In this document: positions 1 to 9,680 of the stretch, piece by piece | Position numbering within the stretch: the stretch's first letter is position 1 | Layout of the letters: every line of letters starts with the position of its first letter | Assembly (NCBI GenBank): GCA_008080735.1 | Contig: SHMW01000032.1 | Span: 1 to 39,962 of the forward strand | DNA: 39,962 bases | Direction: 5' to 3' | Origin: Promethearchaeota archaeon | GTDB taxonomy: Archaea; Asgardarchaeota; Lokiarchaeia; Sigyniarchaeales; SOKP01 | Translations under genes and position numbers: made by a program | Notes under the pieces: model-generated | Told to the model about the DNA's origin: nothing | The model's database searches: none | The model's input: only the letters and a program-made list of their open reading frames with translations

Positions 1-85
1 TATAAAATATAAAATTAAAATTTTTATCATTTTTTTATTTTATTTTAGCAATATATATTCAAATCACCTATCACAAATAAAAAAA

Positions 86-226
86 ATGGCTAAATGGGAA
101 TGCACAGCATGCGGGTACATCTATGATGAGGAAGCAGAGGGCACCCCCTTTGAAGACCTTCCTGATGATTATACATGCCCGGTCTGTGGCGTCGGAAAAG
201 ACTTGTTTGAAAAAATTTCGGATTAA
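86..226 (+). CDS. Rubredoxin (46 aa; not in ORF track)
   Basis: Manual translation [46 protein letters not shown]: two CxxCG knuckles with the rubredoxin FEDLPDD-x-x-CPVCG signature. Confidence 0.97.
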   Translation: MAKWECTACGYIYDEEAEGTPFEDLPDDYTCPVCGVGKDLFEKISD

Positions 227-227
227 T

Positions 228-255
228 TTAAGATTTCTTCTTTTCTTTTTTCTCA
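228..255 (+). terminator. Oligo-T tract, putative archaeal terminator between convergent rubredoxin and acyl-CoA ligase genes
   Basis: TTTCTTCTTTTCTTTTTTCT immediately after the rubredoxin stop. Confidence 0.4.
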
Positions 256-331
256 AATAATCTATTTGATGAGTATATCTATTCCTCGTTATTAGAAGAT
301 CTTTTAAAAAACACAAAAAAAAAGGGTTAAA

Positions 332-2062
332 TTATTTTTTACGTAGAACTTTTTTATCTACCTTGCCAACGGTAGTCAGTGGCAATTGTTCTACCAGTTC
401 GATTTCTTTGGGAATCTTATATTTGGCTAAATTTTCGACCGCATAGTTTAAAATATCTTCTTTCATCTCTTCTGAGGCAGAATGGCCTTTTTTTAACTGA
501 CAATATAGTTTTACATATTCGGAACCAGGTCGCTTGGGATCGGGTACGCCGACCGTGGCACATAACTCTATAGCAGGATGTTTATTCATTTTATCATCCA
601 CTTCCACGCTGAATACTTTATATCCACTTACGTTTATCATATCTTTAGTTCTATCAACTATTGTGAGATAACCATCCTCATCCATTATTCCCACATCACC
701 GGAATAAAACCATCCATCCTGCAGAGCATTTTGTGTCTCTTCTGGTTTATTCCAATATCCAGAAAATATTTGAGGTCCTCGAATCGCAATCTCGCCGGGT
801 TCCCCTAACGGAACTATTTTGCTCCGGTCGGAGACATCCACAATTTTCACTTCAGTATTCGGAAATGGAACCCCCACCGTACCGATTTTCTTTGTTCCGA
901 GATATGGATTCATTGTGACTCCTGGAGAAGCTTCCGTCATACCATAGGCTTCCACTAACTTTCCATTTCCCACTATTGCTTCAAATTCTCGAATATTTTT
1001 CGAAGGAAACGGTGCGGCCCCAGAAATATATCCTTCTACAGAGCTTACATCTACTTTTTTAAATTTCCTATTGTTTAATAACATCATATATAAGGTGGGC
1101 ACGTTATACATTAAGGCGATCCTTCCTTCATATTCCTTCATCTTACTAATCATATAATTCGTATCTCTGGGATCTGGAACGAGAATTTGTCCACATGCTT
1201 GTGCAACAGTTTGCAGACAGAATTGGAGTCCCGCTAAGTGAAAGAACGGAAAGCCCGACATATATATATTATTTCCCGGATCCAGAGAGGGCTCAAACCA
1301 ATGATTAACAATTTGAATAAGCGAACTCAAGTTCCTATGAGTAAGGATTGCTCCTTTCGGTGGTCCCGTAGTGCCACCAGTATATTGAAGCAACAAGAGA
1401 TCATCTGGTTCTACAAAAAAATCGGGAGAGTAATCACTCGGATAGTGTTCCAGTATTTGATTAAAGATAAAATACCTTATTCCTTCAACCGGTTCTACTT
1501 TCCCTTTTGGAATTTTACCTATTTTGATTAACTGCTCTTTCATAGAAGGTTCTAAGTCCAATACATCGGCAACATTCGTCGTTATCACTAATTTTAGGTC
1601 GGTTCCGCCCATTTGAATGCCTTCTCGTACTTGCTCCTCGTAAAAGGAATCTAATGTGATCATCGCCACAGCGCCACTATCTTTTAATTGATATTGAATT
1701 TCACTAGGAGAAAGAAGGAAATTCATTCCCGACGCGCCGCATCCCGCAAAAAAGGTACCAAAAAGAGCGATGATAAATTGGGGTAAGTTTGGCAAATTAA
1801 TAACAACACGGTCTCCTTTTTTCACGCCATTTTCAACTAAGAAATGAGCAAAACTGTTTACATACCCCAGCATTTCCCGAAAGGTTGCACAACTGCCTTG
1901 AAAATCATAGGCAAGAGCATCAGGATATTTTTGTGCGGTTTTTTTCAGCATATCTACTAAGGTGTAGATTTCTAAATCGAGTTCTGATTTCACATGATCA
2001 TCGTATGACTTCAGCCAAATCTTTTCTTCATAGGGACTGGGCTCAATCATTTTTTCGGTCAT
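332..2062 (-). CDS. Long-chain fatty-acid--CoA ligase (AMP-binding family)
   Basis: YTGGTTGPPKG AMP-binding loop, YGMTEASP, SGD..D.DGY...DR.KD, terminal GKVDKK. Confidence 0.95.
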   Translation of the reverse strand: MTEKMIEPSPYEEKIWLKSYDDHVKSELDLEIYTLVDMLKKTAQKYPDALAYDFQGSCATFREMLGYVNSFAHFLVENGVKKGDRVVINLPNLPQFIIALFGTFFAGCGASGMNFLLSPSEIQYQLKDSGAVAMITLDSFYEEQVREGIQMGGTDLKLVITTNVADVLDLEPSMKEQLIKIGKIPKGKVEPVEGIRYFIFNQILEHYPSDYSPDFFVEPDDLLLLQYTGGTTGPPKGAILTHRNLSSLIQIVNHWFEPSLDPGNNIYMSGFPFFHLAGLQFCLQTVAQACGQILVPDPRDTNYMISKMKEYEGRIALMYNVPTLYMMLLNNRKFKKVDVSSVEGYISGAAPFPSKNIREFEAIVGNGKLVEAYGMTEASPGVTMNPYLGTKKIGTVGVPFPNTEVKIVDVSDRSKIVPLGEPGEIAIRGPQIFSGYWNKPEETQNALQDGWFYSGDVGIMDEDGYLTIVDRTKDMINVSGYKVFSVEVDDKMNKHPAIELCATVGVPDPKRPGSEYVKLYCQLKKGHSASEEMKEDILNYAVENLAKYKIPKEIELVEQLPLTTVGKVDKKVLRKK

Positions 2063-2192
2063 TTATTATAAATCCTCCGTATCTAATTTCAAAAAATTAT
2101 TGATTACGGTAATAATTGCAATGGATAATGATCTATTTAAGATTATCCATCAAACCTCATTTTTCAATAAAAAGAAAATAAAAGGAGATAGA

Positions 2193-2558
2193 TTAAGATC
2201 TTTCCGTAATTGAGGTGGAAAGTATATCGATAATAATCCCGTAGAGTATTCCGGCAAGAAAGGTTGGCCAATCAAGCAATTCTGTAGAAAGGTAGAATTG
2301 AAGCGAAACTAGTAGTCCTAAAATAACCCCTCTAAGAAAACTATTGATCCATTTCGCATAATTACCCTGTTTTATTAGTATTACTTCCCCTGCGAGACCG
2401 ATTATTATACCCATAATAACCCTATTGTACCAGAGACCTATCAAGAGAATTTCATTTCCAACCCAGCCACCAACTCTTCCCCCCGCACCTAAAATACAGA
2501 AAATACCTAATACTGCGCCTAGTACGGTTGCTAATGCAATTCTTTTTGTATTCATCAT
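2193..2558 (-). CDS. Small Gly-rich integral membrane protein (~4 TM), unknown function
   Basis: 121 aa with four hydrophobic GxxxG-rich segments. Confidence 0.75.
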   Translation of the reverse strand: MMNTKRIALATVLGAVLGIFCILGAGGRVGGWVGNEILLIGLWYNRVIMGIIIGLAGEVILIKQGNYAKWINSFLRGVILGLLVSLQFYLSTELLDWPTFLAGILYGIIIDILSTSITERS

Positions 2559-2715
2559 TAAGATCCATTTTTTTCCTTTATTTAAATTCTCTGGTTATGA
2601 AATAGTGGTTGTGGCAGTCTGAGGCAGATGGGATAATGAAAATTAATAATCTAAAATACAAACACTAATGAAGACCTAATTCTTTCACTTAGTAAAGATT
2701 CCAAGATGTATTAAT

Positions 2716-3165
2716 ATGGCAGTTGAAAAAGGAGATACCATTAAGGTTTCATATAAAGGATATTTTGACGATGGAGAGGTGTTCGATTCCACCGACCAAC
2801 ATGATGGGGATTTACTAGAATTTACGGTGGGAAACAGAGAAATCATTTCTGGGTTTGATAAAGCAGTTCAAGGAAAAGATATCGGTGATGAGTTTAAAAT
2901 TCGCTTAGAACCTGAAGAGGCTTATGGAATGTATAATGATCAGGCAGTCCAAGCCATAGAGCGAAGTCAATTACCAGCAGACCTAGTCCCCAAAGTAGGT
3001 ATGGTCTTACAAGTAGAACAACAGCATGGAGACCATACGCATCCAGTTCCCGTGTTCATTACGGAAGTGAATCCTGAGACAATCACTTTGGATTTTAACC
3101 ATCCATTAGCAGGGAAAACACTCAATTTTAACATTAAGATTGAAGAAATCGTTGTTCAAGAATAA
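2716..3165 (+). CDS. slyD: FKBP-type peptidyl-prolyl cis-trans isomerase (SlyD-like)
   Basis: Y.G..DDGEVFDST, PEEAYG, DFNHPLAGKTL motifs; IF domain insertion; no long His-rich tail. Confidence 0.92.
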   Translation: MAVEKGDTIKVSYKGYFDDGEVFDSTDQHDGDLLEFTVGNREIISGFDKAVQGKDIGDEFKIRLEPEEAYGMYNDQAVQAIERSQLPADLVPKVGMVLQVEQQHGDHTHPVPVFITEVNPETITLDFNHPLAGKTLNFNIKIEEIVVQE

Positions 3166-3257
3166 ACCAATTTTTTTAACTATTTTTAATATATTTTTTT
3201 CCCAAGAGCTTTTCAAAAAGAAAAAGAAAGATAATATTGATTTAAAAAGTAGTGGTT

Positions 3258-4499
3258 TTAATAGTCTTCGCCTTCGATTTTTGAGGGAATCTCCTTCACT
3301 TTTTGTGCGATAGATCTACCTAATTCTTCACCTTTAGTGATTTCTTCATTGGAGGGATATCCCTTAAACAATAACGGCTCCTCGATATCCCACTTCATCC
3401 GTTCCGAAATCTTATCGAAATCTCGCTTCGCGCCACCGCTCCAGCCGTAGGAACCGAAAAAACCCACTTTCTTGAAGCGCATGAGCTTCTCATTTAACAG
3501 TTCCATCACATATTTCATCGGTGGAAACATCCCATATTCGTACGTCGGACAGCCAATGATTAATCCCGCGGATTTGAACACATCGCGAAGGATAAAGGAA
3601 GCATCCTCGTTCGGTACTTGATGCACGTGAATCGGGATATCGTACTCTGAGGCACCCTTGATAATGGCGTTCAGCATCGTCTCAGTGTTACCGTACATAC
3701 TGCCCCAGATGATCGTGATCTCGGGCTCCTGAAGCTCCTTACTGTAATTGGCATAACGCACATATTTCTTGACTACTGTCCCCGGGCTACCACGCCAGAT
3801 AAGCCCGTGCGATGGGGCGATCATCTTAATATCGACACCGCTTAATTTGTCAATCGCGCTTAACACATTGCTAGAAAAAGTCGCAACGATGTTTGCGTAA
3901 TATCGTAGCATCTGATCTTCCCAATATGGCTTGATCGCTTCCGGTTGCTCGTCATCGAAAATACTTCCCTTGTGAATCCCATAAGATCCAAAAGCATCAC
4001 TTGAAAATAGTATACCAGAACTTTGCTCATAAGTTACTTGCGTCTCAGGCCAATGAACGTTTGGGATTTCTGTAAAGTGAAGCACCTTACCTTGACCCAA
4101 ATCCAACGAATCCCCAGTCGCCACTGTCTGCACATTCTCCGTTATCCCATAAAATCCATCGACCAATGCTTCACCTTTCTCGGTCGTCACAATAGTTGCG
4201 TTCGGGGCGATAGATCGGAACATATAGGTAAAACCGGTATGATCGGGCTCGAGATGATTCAAAATGATGTAATCCACATCTTCGGGCTCAATATTGAGCG
4301 CTTTCAGTCCTTTCATGAAGGTCATTGCCGCCCCACCCCACTCTCTCACGAGCTCAATTACAGCAGTTTTATCCCCTTGAACGGTGTATGCATTGAGCGC
4401 AACCCCTTCTGGGATGGGCCAGATACCCTCAAATAGATCCTCGGTATGAACGTTTGCGCCGACCCAATGAATTCCGTCGGCTAGTTTAATTGCTTGCAT
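3258..4499 (-). CDS. fprA: Flavodiiron protein FprA (O2/NO reductase)
   Basis: NHLEPDH, HWPE, SDAFG, PSHG di-iron motifs plus flavodoxin domain SMYGNT...FGSYGWSGGA; ATG at 4499 follows AGGTGA. Confidence 0.95.
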   Translation of the reverse strand: MQAIKLADGIHWVGANVHTEDLFEGIWPIPEGVALNAYTVQGDKTAVIELVREWGGAAMTFMKGLKALNIEPEDVDYIILNHLEPDHTGFTYMFRSIAPNATIVTTEKGEALVDGFYGITENVQTVATGDSLDLGQGKVLHFTEIPNVHWPETQVTYEQSSGILFSSDAFGSYGIHKGSIFDDEQPEAIKPYWEDQMLRYYANIVATFSSNVLSAIDKLSGVDIKMIAPSHGLIWRGSPGTVVKKYVRYANYSKELQEPEITIIWGSMYGNTETMLNAIIKGASEYDIPIHVHQVPNEDASFILRDVFKSAGLIIGCPTYEYGMFPPMKYVMELLNEKLMRFKKVGFFGSYGWSGGAKRDFDKISERMKWDIEEPLLFKGYPSNEEITKGEELGRSIAQKVKEIPSKIEGEDY

Positions 4500-4717
4500 C
4501 TTTAATTTCACCTTTCTGTATATTAATAAGGATGTATCCGGATATGATTAAAAAGTTATTTTCTATGAAATATAAAGTAAGGAGAGGAGGTTATATGGGC
4601 CAAGGAATTAGTCTCTCTATTCAAATTTGCAACTGTTTGAGGTAATTTTTAGGAAACGGTTAAATTCGATCCGCTTCTAATCTAAGATATCATTCAGTAG
4701 AGTGAGGAATTCATATA

Positions 4718-4978
4718 ATGTTCCAAATAGAAAAGGCGCCCACGGGCAGCACTAAATGTAGTTGGTGCGGCGAGCTCATAAAGAAGGACTCGCTTCGGCT
4801 TCGATTTGCCCCACCAAAAGGGTACAATTATTATTGGCATCAAGAATGTGGGATTAAATACTTGGAAGGACTTAAAATTTTGCTGAAAAATGGCGAGAAA
4901 GGGCGTATTGGCCGAGAAGAAGCGGAGAAAGCTCGGAAAGATGTGGAAACTAGAGTTAGCGGTTCTACTAATATATGA
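4718..4978 (+). CDS. Stand-alone PARP-type zinc finger protein
   Basis: E.A.TG...CxxC...I.KDSLR...WHxxC pattern resembling zf-PARP. Confidence 0.75.
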   Translation: MFQIEKAPTGSTKCSWCGELIKKDSLRLRFAPPKGYNYYWHQECGIKYLEGLKILLKNGEKGRIGREEAEKARKDVETRVSGSTNI

Positions 4979-5202
4979 CCTGAAAAAACTATATTTTCCT
5001 ATTTCTTACCCAAAGCTTTAGAAAGCAAAACTTAATCTCAATTTTTCTAATTATTTCTGGAATCTCCATATACTTTATTTTTCATCTCGCTCTCAGAACT
5101 TCCGAAAATAATAATTATGTGGATCAAAATTCAATTTCTAAGATCATTATATTGTGCCGATTAAGAATTTCTTTATTTTGTGATAATAAAGAAAAAAAAA
5201 TA

Positions 5203-6285
5203 TTAAATATGGATCGTCTCTCTCTGTCCTCCATCGACATTTATATTCTGACCCGTGATCCATCGACTCTCATCAGATGCAAGAAAGACCACCACTGGGG
5301 CGATATCTGTATATGGGTCGCCAACTCGCTGCATTGCATTATCCTTCATTTGCTCCTTGACCCATTCGGAGTATTCTGGTGTAAGTTTATCAACGATGGT
5401 GTCGGTAATCGCAACAGGACTTATCGTATTCACCCGAATACCATCAGCCCCCCATTCTCTCGCAACAACCATCGACAATGCGCGAATTGCTCCCTTATCG
5501 GCAGCATAAGACGCATATAACTCCAACCCGACTTGGTACGTACCAGAACAGAAATTAATGATGGATGATGATTTTCCTTTCATGTGAGGATAACATAATT
5601 TCATTAAGTGCCAATGCGCATATACACCGGTGTGAAAAGCCTTGTCTAACATCTCGATATCTTGGTCGAGGAAAAGTTTTCGATCTGCTTCGAAATTGGC
5701 ATTATTGATCAAAACGTCAATAGTTCCGAAATGGTTCACCGTTTTATCAATAAACTTTTTTAAATCCTTATATACAGAGACATCGCATCTTTCAGCAAAC
5801 ACTTCTGCTCCTTCTGCTTCACATAGCTCTGCAGTTTTCATAAGCTTTTCAACCCTCCTTGCACATATGGCCAGCTTAGCTCCTTCTTGACCCAATCGGA
5901 TGGAAATTTGTTTTCCCAAACCTGCGCTAGCCCCTGTAAGAACTACCACTTTTCCTTCGAGTCTCTTCATAGGATTTTCTGGAGAACTTAAGGTTGAAAT
6001 ATAGCTTGGTGGTGAGGAAGTAGATTCAATATCATCTCCGGATGCAGTGGATGAAAGTTCCTCCTCATCTTCAACAATAGCTTGAAGATCAGCATCAATA
6101 TCGGGTAATTTTTCTTTAGGAAAGCCAGAACCAGGTATTTTAGCAATAAATTTTAGGGACATTTTAAATCCTTTTTTTAATTGCGGATCTTTTGAAATTC
6201 CGGGCAAATACTTCTCGAGGACTGCCCGAGCTTTGGGACTTTTCATTAAGTCCCCCAATTTTGATTTAATAGAATATTTGGACAT
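5203..6285 (-). CDS. SDR family oxidoreductase with ~70-aa N-terminal helical domain and Ser/Glu-rich linker
   Basis: TGASAGLG, NNA, catalytic S and YxxxK (YAADK), ITGQNINVDGG. Confidence 0.9.
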   Translation of the reverse strand: MSKYSIKSKLGDLMKSPKARAVLEKYLPGISKDPQLKKGFKMSLKFIAKIPGSGFPKEKLPDIDADLQAIVEDEEELSSTASGDDIESTSSPPSYISTLSSPENPMKRLEGKVVVLTGASAGLGKQISIRLGQEGAKLAICARRVEKLMKTAELCEAEGAEVFAERCDVSVYKDLKKFIDKTVNHFGTIDVLINNANFEADRKLFLDQDIEMLDKAFHTGVYAHWHLMKLCYPHMKGKSSSIINFCSGTYQVGLELYASYAADKGAIRALSMVVAREWGADGIRVNTISPVAITDTIVDKLTPEYSEWVKEQMKDNAMQRVGDPYTDIAPVVVFLASDESRWITGQNINVDGGQRETIHI

Positions 6286-6499
6286 ATTATTTCTTGGTGT
6301 TGGTAGAAAATAAATAAATTGTATTTGATCTTTATTATAGATGCATATAGGAGTATCATAATTTTGAAGCTGTAAATTTTCCCGAGAAAACTGTTCCCCT
6401 TCCTTTCAAAACCCTTATTCTATTTTGGTTAATGATAATTTGAAATTATCCGTACTTATGGTTAAAAGACGAGTTTTGACTAAATTCTTGGTTATAGGG

Positions 6500-7579
6500 T
6501 TATTCCGATTTTTCTTGAATTGGGATATATAGGTCTAATTTAGAATTTTCAGAATCAAATCGGAATCTGCTGTCATACCATTCCAATTCCACGCCGAATG
6601 GCAGACGTTCATACCGTGGATTATTAGGAAGCCACTGTTCATGAATATATTGATATGTATTTTTGAGAGTTGACAATGGACCAGTATGTGTAAATAGGAC
6701 ATATTTTTGGCGGGGAATCCTTTCAGATATCATACCTTTAGGTATATCTTCAACTTTTGAAACTTCTACACCCACTATATATCGGTTTTTATCTTCTTTT
6801 AATAGATCCTTATTGCTCATATAAATTCCTAATGCGTGAGAGGTATCTGCATGAGGTATGTGTGAGCCTACTTGTTGAAATCTCGCCCACACAGCTGCTG
6901 GTTCCCGAAGCTCCATTTTGTTGACATCCTCTATGCCAAGGATTTGGAATTGTTCTTTCTCCACGATTTTGGGATGCTTCATGGAACTTTTTCTCACTTC
7001 TGATGTTTTACTCCTTTCATAATTCCATCCTATATCATAACACTTTCCCAAACTCTTGCTTTTTCCTAAGTCTCTATAAACGTTCTCAAGAGCCGAAAAG
7101 ATGATGGGATTGGCATTGATTATGTTGAACTTTTTTCCTTCAATTAAGTTTTCATTGAAATACACTTGGTGAATTTCCCCATAAAATGCAATACATTGCG
7201 GGAATTTTTGTGAATCTATAAACCTACATTCACAAGTTATCGGACATTCTTGAATCATCGGCGCGCTTTCCAGATCTCCATAGAACGTGGTAAAGATCTC
7301 CGATTTATCTGTGGTTTTTCCCGACTTGAGACCGCAATAATCCGTTTCTATTACTTCGTCGGTGGAAGGAATATTAATACTAAACGTATTATTTTCTGCT
7401 ATTCCTGTTGGGGTATAGTGTGATTTAGTTAAGCTGATCATAACAATCGGAGGATTAAGATTCACCGCTCCTATACAACCTACTGCCAAATAGTTAGGTT
7501 TTCCATTTACATTAGCGCCAATTAAAGCTATTGGAACAATTGGTAATGGATTAAATGCCCCTACTTTTATTTTTTCCAT
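6500..7579 (-). CDS. Flavin reductase-like domain fused to GyrI-like small-molecule-binding domain
   Basis: N-half PiPi..G..VNGKPN..FSINIP..DYCG..SG...APMI.ECP..EC; C-half YIVGVEV..IPKGM...IP...Y..FTH.G...YIHEQWLP...E.YD.RF..LYIPI. Confidence 0.85.
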   Translation of the reverse strand: MEKIKVGAFNPLPIVPIALIGANVNGKPNYLAVGCIGAVNLNPPIVMISLTKSHYTPTGIAENNTFSINIPSTDEVIETDYCGLKSGKTTDKSEIFTTFYGDLESAPMIQECPITCECRFIDSQKFPQCIAFYGEIHQVYFNENLIEGKKFNIINANPIIFSALENVYRDLGKSKSLGKCYDIGWNYERSKTSEVRKSSMKHPKIVEKEQFQILGIEDVNKMELREPAAVWARFQQVGSHIPHADTSHALGIYMSNKDLLKEDKNRYIVGVEVSKVEDIPKGMISERIPRQKYVLFTHTGPLSTLKNTYQYIHEQWLPNNPRYERLPFGVELEWYDSRFRFDSENSKLDLYIPIQEKSE

Positions 7580-7820
7580 AATTTTGACCTTCTATTTAAA
7601 ATCTTTTCAATCCAAAAAAAGTTCTATTCAATAAAAGATTATCCTTTTAAAATATTTTAAATTAGCCCGATTGCTATTCTTGACAATAAAATGCTTCAAT
7701 CTTTCATTCAAGTGATCCTATCGTACTTAGATATCCTATATCAAGAAGAGCGCAAAACTAAAATATGAAAAGAACAAAATATATTACAGTCAAAATAAAC
7801 AATTTGGTAAACAAAGAACT

Positions 7821-8401
7821 ATGAGCTTAAAGTTGGATGAGGTTAAAGAAGAGGATAAAGGGATTTTAGCACCTTGCGGATTCTCTGTGCAGGCTGCGAC
7901 AGTCATATAGGGGAGGCAAAACAAGCAGCTAGGAAATTGTATGAAATATGGAATGGAAGCAATATAGAAGACACAGGTCTTCTCTTTGGATTAAAAGGTA
8001 TAGAACCTACTTTAAAAACACTGAAAAAATATATACAAAATGAAGAAAAACTGTGTCCCGGGTGTTATCTCGGTGGTGGTCCATCAAGAATATGCGGAAT
8101 CGCTAAATGCGTCAAATCGAAAGGATTTTGGACATGTGCTGAATGTGAAGAATTTACACCCGATTCAGATTCTCCGTGCCCTCATATCAATCCCGCTCCT
8201 ATTCCAATAGCAGATAAAGGTTCCATGATGCAACTAATATGTAGAAGGTATAACCAAGATAATATTAAGAATTTAGAACTTTGCCATAAGATGGGCTATA
8301 ATAATTTTATAGACCATGCAAGAGAAAAAATCACCGAGGGATGGAGGACTTGGCAAGTGATTAGTAAGGAAAAGGTGTTTACTGAAGCTATGAAAAAATA
8401 G
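7821..8401 (+). pseudogene. DUF3795-like Cys-rich (putative Fe-S) protein interrupted by a 1-nt frameshift near 7880
   Basis: ATG 7821 reads MSLKLDEVKEEDKGILAPCG then stops soon after; the -1 frame continues ILCAGCD...CPGC...C..AKC...TCAEC. Confidence 0.7.
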
Positions 8402-8404
8402 AGC

Positions 8405-8881
8405 TTATCTATTCTTGAATTTGAGATTAAGCACTCCTCTACTCGCTTCTCGATTATATTTTTTACGACAGAGCGAATCGCAAAATATTTCTGCTTTAGG
8501 ATCTTGCCAGATCTCCTTCAATTCATAAATTTTAAGATAATTATTTCTCTTATTGTAGGTGTATAGATCAATCTCCTTCCCACAGTACAGACATTTACGG
8601 GTTTTCGAAATATTTTCGATTGCCCGTAATTCATGGGATTTCAATAATTTAAAACATTCGCAGCAATGAAATTCTAAAAGAGGATTCTGCCATAATTTAA
8701 AGATTGCTTTGGGTGTATATTCCACATTGTCACTCAAGAAATCATAAATATTCAAATCCTTTCCACATTTCCAACAAACTCGTTTTTTAAAGGTTTTCGA
8801 AGATTTTATGAGTTCTCTTAGTTTTTGAATTTTATCCCATAATTGAGCATTATTAATTTTTCTGTAAAAAATTATATCCAC
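8405..8881 (-). CDS. Hypothetical protein with two tandem Zn-binding repeats
   Basis: CWKCGKDLNIY...WQNP...CCEC and CLYCGKEIDLY...WQDP...CDSLC. Confidence 0.75.
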   Translation of the reverse strand: MDIIFYRKINNAQLWDKIQKLRELIKSSKTFKKRVCWKCGKDLNIYDFLSDNVEYTPKAIFKLWQNPLLEFHCCECFKLLKSHELRAIENISKTRKCLYCGKEIDLYTYNKRNNYLKIYELKEIWQDPKAEIFCDSLCRKKYNREASRGVLNLKFKNR

Positions 8882-8989
8882 CTGTTATTAGGTCAACTTA
8901 CTTAGTAAAAATTAATTCAGTTATTTATACTGTATTCTTATACCAGTGAATAATAAATTAATTAAACATAAACTTTTCATAGCAAGTTT

Positions 8990-9556
8990 TCAGCGAATTT
9001 CAGAATAACTTTTAATTGAATGGGCTGCCTCTAAAAAATTTCGGGCTGTAATCGTGGGTTCTATCTCTTTTTCTTCTAATTCTTTTCCGTGCTTCTCTCC
9101 ATGACCCGTGAATAAGTAAACCGTTTTGAGTCCCGCATTAATTCCAAACTGGACATCAGAGGGATGGTCCCCAATCATCCATGAGTTATTCAAGTCTAAT
9201 TCATATTCTGAAAGGATCTCTTCCATGAATTGCGTGTTTGGTTTACGGCAATTACAGTCTACATCTGGATGATGGGGGCAGAAGAAAACAGCCTCCACAT
9301 TAATATGATGCAATTCTAATTCAGCAAGTAGACGGTTTGTAAAATTCCAGAAGTCTTTCTCTTCATAATATCCCCGTCCAATACCGGATTGGTTACTCAC
9401 GATAAAGAAGATATATTCCTCTCTTAGTAACTTTAGCCCTTCAATTACTCCAGACAGAAGTGCGAAATCCTCTACTTTATGGACATATCCGGGATCTACA
9501 TTTAATGTGCCATCCCTATCAAGAATGACTGCTTTTTGTCTTGATTTTATAGTCAG
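8990..9556 (-). CDS. HAD-IIIA phosphatase (GmhB / histidinol-phosphatase family); probable non-canonical CTG start
   Basis: In-frame upstream extension contains motif I LDRDGTLN; also SNQSG, CPHHP..C.CRKP, GDHPSD; GGTGA RBS precedes CTG at 9556. Confidence 0.88.
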   Translation of the reverse strand: MTIKSRQKAVILDRDGTLNVDPGYVHKVEDFALLSGVIEGLKLLREEYIFFIVSNQSGIGRGYYEEKDFWNFTNRLLAELELHHINVEAVFFCPHHPDVDCNCRKPNTQFMEEILSEYELDLNNSWMIGDHPSDVQFGINAGLKTVYLFTGHGEKHGKELEEKEIEPTITARNFLEAAHSIKSYSEIR

Positions 9557-9680
9557 TTTGATTCACCAAATATATTCAAATTTGTATCTAAATCCTTTAA
9601 TTTACGATCTCAAAAAGTTAGTGTTATCTAGATAAAAAAAGGAAAAAAAAGTAAAATTGTTTACGATTTCCGAAATCAAT

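Noticed and set aside
71-316. 81-aa minus-strand ORF
   Set aside because: Shadow of the plus-strand rubredoxin
9563-9565. In-frame TGA upstream of the GmhB-like gene as possible selenocysteine
   Set aside because: Part of a GGTGA RBS and not at a Cys-homologous position; no SECIS recognised
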